DNA of 64,000 nucleotides from Tricharina praecox. Lineage: Eukaryota. Shown here one piece after another: positions 59,100-64,000 of the stretch (positions within the stretch are counted from its first letter, which is position 1; the number at the start of each line of letters is the position of its first letter). The notes beneath the pieces are model-generated. The model saw only the letters and a program-made list of their open reading frames with translations, searched no databases and had not been told where the DNA came from. The stretch spans positions 992,001 to 1,056,000 of the forward strand of contig NW_026250404.1 of NCBI RefSeq assembly GCF_024521635.1. The letters are read 5' to 3'. The translations under genes and the position numbers were made by a program.

Positions 59100-61810
59100 A
59101 TGTCGGCGCGCTTCTTCTTCAGCACCTACGAGTATGGCGACAATTCAACAAAGCCCCCTGGCGATGGGCTGTACGATCTTCGTCACCAAGGTTAGTGGTG
59201 TCACTCGCCAACCACTCCAAAGCTCCTGTGCTAATGCGCGCCATCTCTACAGAACAGAGAAACCTTATCCAGCAACTGATAATATCCGCCCTCCTTGGAA
59301 TCGGGGCCTTCTCGACCTTTTGCCTTCTGCGACCGAAATGGCCGCACTTCTACTATGCGCGCAAAATCAGAATGCGGAATGGTGGGTGGACCTTTGTTGT
59401 TGGGCTCGCGGGGTCCCGCTAAACTGTGGCGAATACAGCATCGTTACTTCCCGAGTTGCCAGATACTCTCTTCGGATGGATACCGGCGCTCTGGCGCATC
59501 TCCGAGGACGATGTATTGGCGACAGCTGGTCTTGACGCCTATGTGGTGAGCAGTCCCTGTTATGCGGCAGCTGCATAAATTGTCGCTTACAGAAAATAGT
59601 TCCTTGCGTTCTTCAAGATGGCTATACGCTTCCTTTTCGTAGCATCGGTTCTTGCGGCAGTTGTCCTTGTTCCTATCCACACTTACTTCAAAGACGACGA
59701 TGATTCCAAGGATAACACGGCGAATATACTGGGCACTGGGAATGAGCAGATGCCTTTTGTGGATGGTAAGAAAAAGAAGCCACTGCAACACGTGAAGCCT
59801 GCATATCTATGGGCGAATCTTATCTTCGTCTATGTCTTCACCGGCCTGGCATACTATTTCCTGTGGAAGCAGACGGAGGAGGTTGTACAAGTCCGGCAAA
59901 CGTATCTCGGCAATCAGGCAACAGTCACCGACAAGACTGTTAAGCTCTCCGGAATCCCTGAAGAATTGCGCTCCGAAGGTGTTCTGAAGGAGCATATCGA
60001 GAAACTGGCGATAGGGGCAGTGGAGAAGATTACCATCTGCCGGCAATGGGGAGATTTGGATCAGTTGCTTAACGAACGAAGTTCGACGCTGCGGAAACTG
60101 GAGGAAGTCTATACTGTCTATCATGCTAGAAAGGGGCGTAGAGGCATGATAGGCGACAGTTCAGAACGGCAATTTGACGAGTCCGGCGGTGAAGAGGAAG
60201 GGCACTCCTTGCTCGAAAGACGTCCTAGCTATCGTCCGCAACTCACTCTGAGATACGGCAAGTTGAAGCTCAGGACCAAGAAGGTCGATGCACTCGATTA
60301 CTACACCGACAAACTCCAGGATTTGGATGATCAGATCACCGAGGCAAGGCAGAAGGAATACCGGGCGACTCCTCTGGCTTTTGTCACTATGAAGTCGGTA
60401 TCTTCTGCACAAGTCGCGACACAAGTGCTTATGGATCCTACCCCTGGTGCTATGGTCGCCCGACCAGCACCTTCGCCGTCCGATGTAATCTGGCCCAACA
60501 CGTACCTGTCTCGGTCCTCCCGCTGGTCCAGAAGCTGGGCTATCAGTACCTTCATCACTCTCTCATCAATCTTCTGGCTTGTACCTGTCGCTGCTTTGGC
60601 CGGTCTGTGGAATACGAATGAAATTCACAAGATCTGGCCTCAGCTGGCAGATACGCTCAAAGAGTACCCTGTATTGGCCTCATTTGTTCAAACATTCCTT
60701 CCGACAGCAGTTTTGACCCTGCTTAACGTGGCTGTTCCGTATTTCTATGACTGGCTCTCGCAGTTCCAGGGGTTGATCTCACAAGAAGAGGTTGAACTCT
60801 CTGTCATCAGCAAGAACTTCTTCTTCGCATTTTTCAACCTGTTCCTTGCGTTCACTGTATTTGGAACTGCTTTCAATTTCCATTCTTTCTGGGAAACTCT
60901 TAACCGCTCATTCAAGGACACTGCCAGCATTGCGCTGGCTCTGGCGGAGGCCGTTGAGGATCTAGGACCTTTCTACATCAACCTGAGTACATATCTGTCC
61001 GGATCGCTTTTGGTTGTGCCATGCTAACAAAATGACCAGTCATTCTTCAGGGACTGGGGATGTTTCCGTTCAGACTTCTGCAGGTCGGTTCTGTCACGTT
61101 GTACCCAATCACCAAGTTTGGCGCAAAAACACCGCGAGGTACACCCAGAACACAACTGGCTAGTATTTTGGGGGCTTTAACTGAATTTTTACAGACTACG
61201 ACGAACTCAAGCAACCAGCCATATTCCAATATGGCTTCTTCCTTCCGCAGCCAATCCTGATTTACATAATATGTATTGTTTATAGCGTACTCGAGCACGG
61301 AGTCTTGATTCTGACCTTCGGCTTGATCTACTTCGTCCTGGGCTACTTCACCTACAAGTATCAACTCCTGTACGCGATGGACCACCCTGGCCATTCAACC
61401 GGAAAGGCCTGGCCAATCATCGTATACCGTGTGTTCCTTGGACTCCTGGTCTTCCAGCTCACCATGACGGGCTGGCTGGCTCTCAGACAAGCCTTTACTT
61501 CGGCAGGACTGATCCTCCCGCTCCTCGCCTTCACGATTTGGAGCTACTGGCACTATACTAAGAATTACTTGCCGTCGAATTACTATATCGCGTTGAGGTG
61601 CATCCAGGAAGAGCACGGCGATTCCGTGAGTGATGTCGGGATGCGACATACCGTCGACGAGGAGCGGGAGGAGGGACAGGTATTCGTCAATCCTAGCTTA
61701 GTGTCCCCGTAAGTTCAAATATGAGATCTCGTGCCAAATCATTCAGTGCTGACTTCCAGACTAGATTGGAGCGTCCATGGGCCATCGGGGACACGAATGG
61801 TCACAGTTGA
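59100..61810 (+). CDS. CSC1/OSCA (DUF221) calcium-permeable stress-gated channel, multi-exon
   Basis: [89 protein letters not shown]; multiple TM segments. Confidence 0.93.
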
Positions 61811-62270
61811 AAGGAATCCGTCATCGGAATCGTGTAATGCCCTGTAGGAGTACATATCGTATGAAGTGGACTGGGCCGGGGGTCGGTTTCCACGTATTGT
61901 TTATGTCTTGCGTTTGCCTGGTTGTTTGTTAATAGAAATTGTATGATTGATGGTCTTTTGAATGCGTAATGTCTGCATGGTTGTACTTAGGAAGTATAGG
62001 CTTCGTTTGACATGGAGATTTTGGAAAAGTGCTAGAATCGGTTTTATAAACAAAAGTTCGAGTGATGAACCATGGGTGGCGGTGACACCAAGGCTTGTGG
62101 CGTTCCTACTTGCGGCTCAACTGAAAGCTACCCACCTTCAACTGAGCAGCAACGCAGCACCACCGAACAGCGAACGTCTAACTCCATCACCGCCATCCAT
62201 CATCACGGTTCTACCTCTCCCACATCCCCATCAATAAATCTCCGACAGCTCCTATCGTTTTGAAGAGAAA

Positions 62271-63349
62271 ATGCCGGGCTTCGACTTCTCGAACTTCACC
62301 CGCAACGCGGCCCTGCACGCCAAGGGCTTCCCGCTCCCGAAAGCTACCTCCACCGGAACAACTATCGTAGGATGCATCTTTGATGGAGGAGTCGTGATTG
62401 CTGCGGGTACACAGCATCTTTCTGCTCTGCGGTTCTGGGAGATGTCTAAGATGCTGATGGTGCACAGATACGAGAGCCACCAGCGGCGAGATAGTCGCCG
62501 ACAAGAACTGCGAAAAGCTTCATTTCATCTCGCCCAACATCTGGTGTGCCGGTATGTTGTCCCCGCACCTGGTATGTGCTATTTATAATATTGACTGGCG
62601 CGGTGCTGCAGGAGCTGGAACCGCCGCCGAGTAAATACCGCTTCCCGTCGACAATGCGCGGACATGTCCAGCTAATCATTGCGTTTGTGTGTAGCACCGA
62701 ATTCACGACCTCCCTCATCTCCTCCAACCTCGAGCTACACTCGCTCAGCACTGGCCGCAAACCGCGTGTCGTCACCTGCATGACCTTGCTGAAACAGCAC
62801 CTGTTCAAGTACCAGGGCCACATCGGAGCGTACCTCGTCGTTGCCGGAGTCGACCCCACCGGTGTGCACCTCTTCACCGTCCACGCACACGGATCGACCG
62901 ATAAGCTGCCGTACGTGACGATGGGTTCGGGATCGCTGGCGGCTATGGCGGTGTTTGAGACTATGTGGAAGAAGAACATGACACGTGAGGAGGCTGTGGA
63001 GCTGTGCAGCCAGGCGATTCTGGCGGGTATCTTCAACGATCTGGGATCAGGAAGTAACGTCGATGTGTGCGTCATCACGGAAGAGAAGGTTCGTGTTCTC
63101 ATGGATGGTGTGTGGAGATTGGTTGGTGGCTAACAATGGGAACAGGCGACACTGATGAGAAACCTTATCAAACCAAACGAGCGTGTGCCCAAGGAGCAGA
63201 GCTACAAGTTCGCCCGCGGCACGACGGCGTTTCTCAAGGAGGCCAGCGTCGAGAAGAAGGATCTCAAGAAGTACGTTACAATTGTGGATCTGGGTGCGGC
63301 TGTGCCTTCTGGTACAGTGAGCGGGGATGCGATGGAGGTGGACGCATAA
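62271..63349 (+). CDS. PUP1: 20S proteasome subunit beta2, multi-exon
   Basis: Propeptide [21 protein letters not shown] catalytic Thr, [46 protein letters not shown]. Confidence 0.96.
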
Positions 63350-63545
63350 GTTGGCTTGTTCTAGTTTTCTACCTTCAGTAATGAATAAACTGCGAACTTA
63401 TGGATGATCCGTGGATACCTGAACTGTAAACCGGAATATGCCGGGTAATAAACTAGAGGGGAGAGGTGGGGTGGGACCCATGGTGGGGTAGCTTGAGCTT
63501 TATCTTGAGCTTCGCACAACGCGCTGAGGACACATCCCGTACACA

Positions 63546-64000
63546 ATGCCCGGACACGACCGAACACCACCGCCGTTGCCGACGCCAGCGGAGGAAGAGA
63601 CCGCTGCTCTCAAAGCGCGAATCCTCAAACTCGAAGCTGAACTCGCGCAGTACCGCGCCCTATACCCGCCGCCGCCGCCACCACCGCCTGCGCCTAGCTC
63701 CAAGCCCTCGATTTCCTCGCAACCCACCACCACCACCCTCACCCCCGACGAATACATCCGGTACGGGCGGCAACTAATCCTGCCCTCGATCGGGCTCCCG
63801 GGGCAACTCGCACTAAAATCCAGCCGGATCCTGATCGTCGGCGTCGGCGGCCTCGGCTCGCCCGCCGCGCTCTACCTTGCCGCGGCCGGGATCGGCACCC
63901 TAGGGCTCCTCGACCACGACACCGTCGAGCTCTCCAACCTGCACCGGCAGATCCTGCACCCGACGTCGCGCGTAGGCCTGCCAAAGGTCGTCTCCGCGGC
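63546..64000 (+). CDS. UBA4: Uba4/MOCS3 adenylyltransferase-sulfurtransferase, 5' part
   Basis: [70 protein letters not shown] (ThiF/MoeB domain); runs off the window end. Confidence 0.92.
   Translation, partial: MPGHDRTPPPLPTPAEEETAALKARILKLEAELAQYRALYPPPPPPPPAPSSKPSISSQPTTTTLTPDEYIRYGRQLILPSIGLPGQLALKSSRILIVGVGGLGSPAALYLAAAGIGTLGLLDHDTVELSNLHRQILHPTSRVGLPKVVSA

Overview
Gene-dense, intron-containing genomic DNA from a filamentous ascomycete (gene style suggests Pezizomycetes; this is an inference). From left to right: the 5' part of a large Dbl-family RhoGEF (minus strand, runs off the window start), a decayed F-box-like relic, a complete 10-exon telomerase reverse transcriptase (TERT), MSH3, a TBC Rab-GAP, CTF8, an ER DnaJ (ERJ5-like), PRA1/YIP3 with an uncharacterised 304-aa ORF joined to it by a TAATG stop/start overlap, cytochrome c1, cyclophilin B with two predictable C-terminal splice isoforms, a small secreted Cys-rich protein, an AA9 LPMO, a ~5 kb gene-poor gap, a RING protein, a divergent Kar4/METTL14-like MT-A70 protein, two MITE-like elements, NFX1/FAP1, IEC3, ATP11, a 5-exon Asterix/PAT-complex-like gene missed by the ORF track, a NOP13-like RRM protein, a CSC1/OSCA channel, proteasome beta2 (PUP1) and the start of UBA4. 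Strongest leads: (1) YIP3-TAATG-ORF2, a candidate bicistronic unit translated by termination-reinitiation; (2) CypB HKEL versus transmembrane isoforms; (3) a structured GC-rich segment and possible poison acceptor in the long TERT intron 2; (4) a Kar4/METTL14-like gene; (5) an AA9 with a second-sphere His-to-Asn change. All product calls come from motif recognition by eye; no database search was run.
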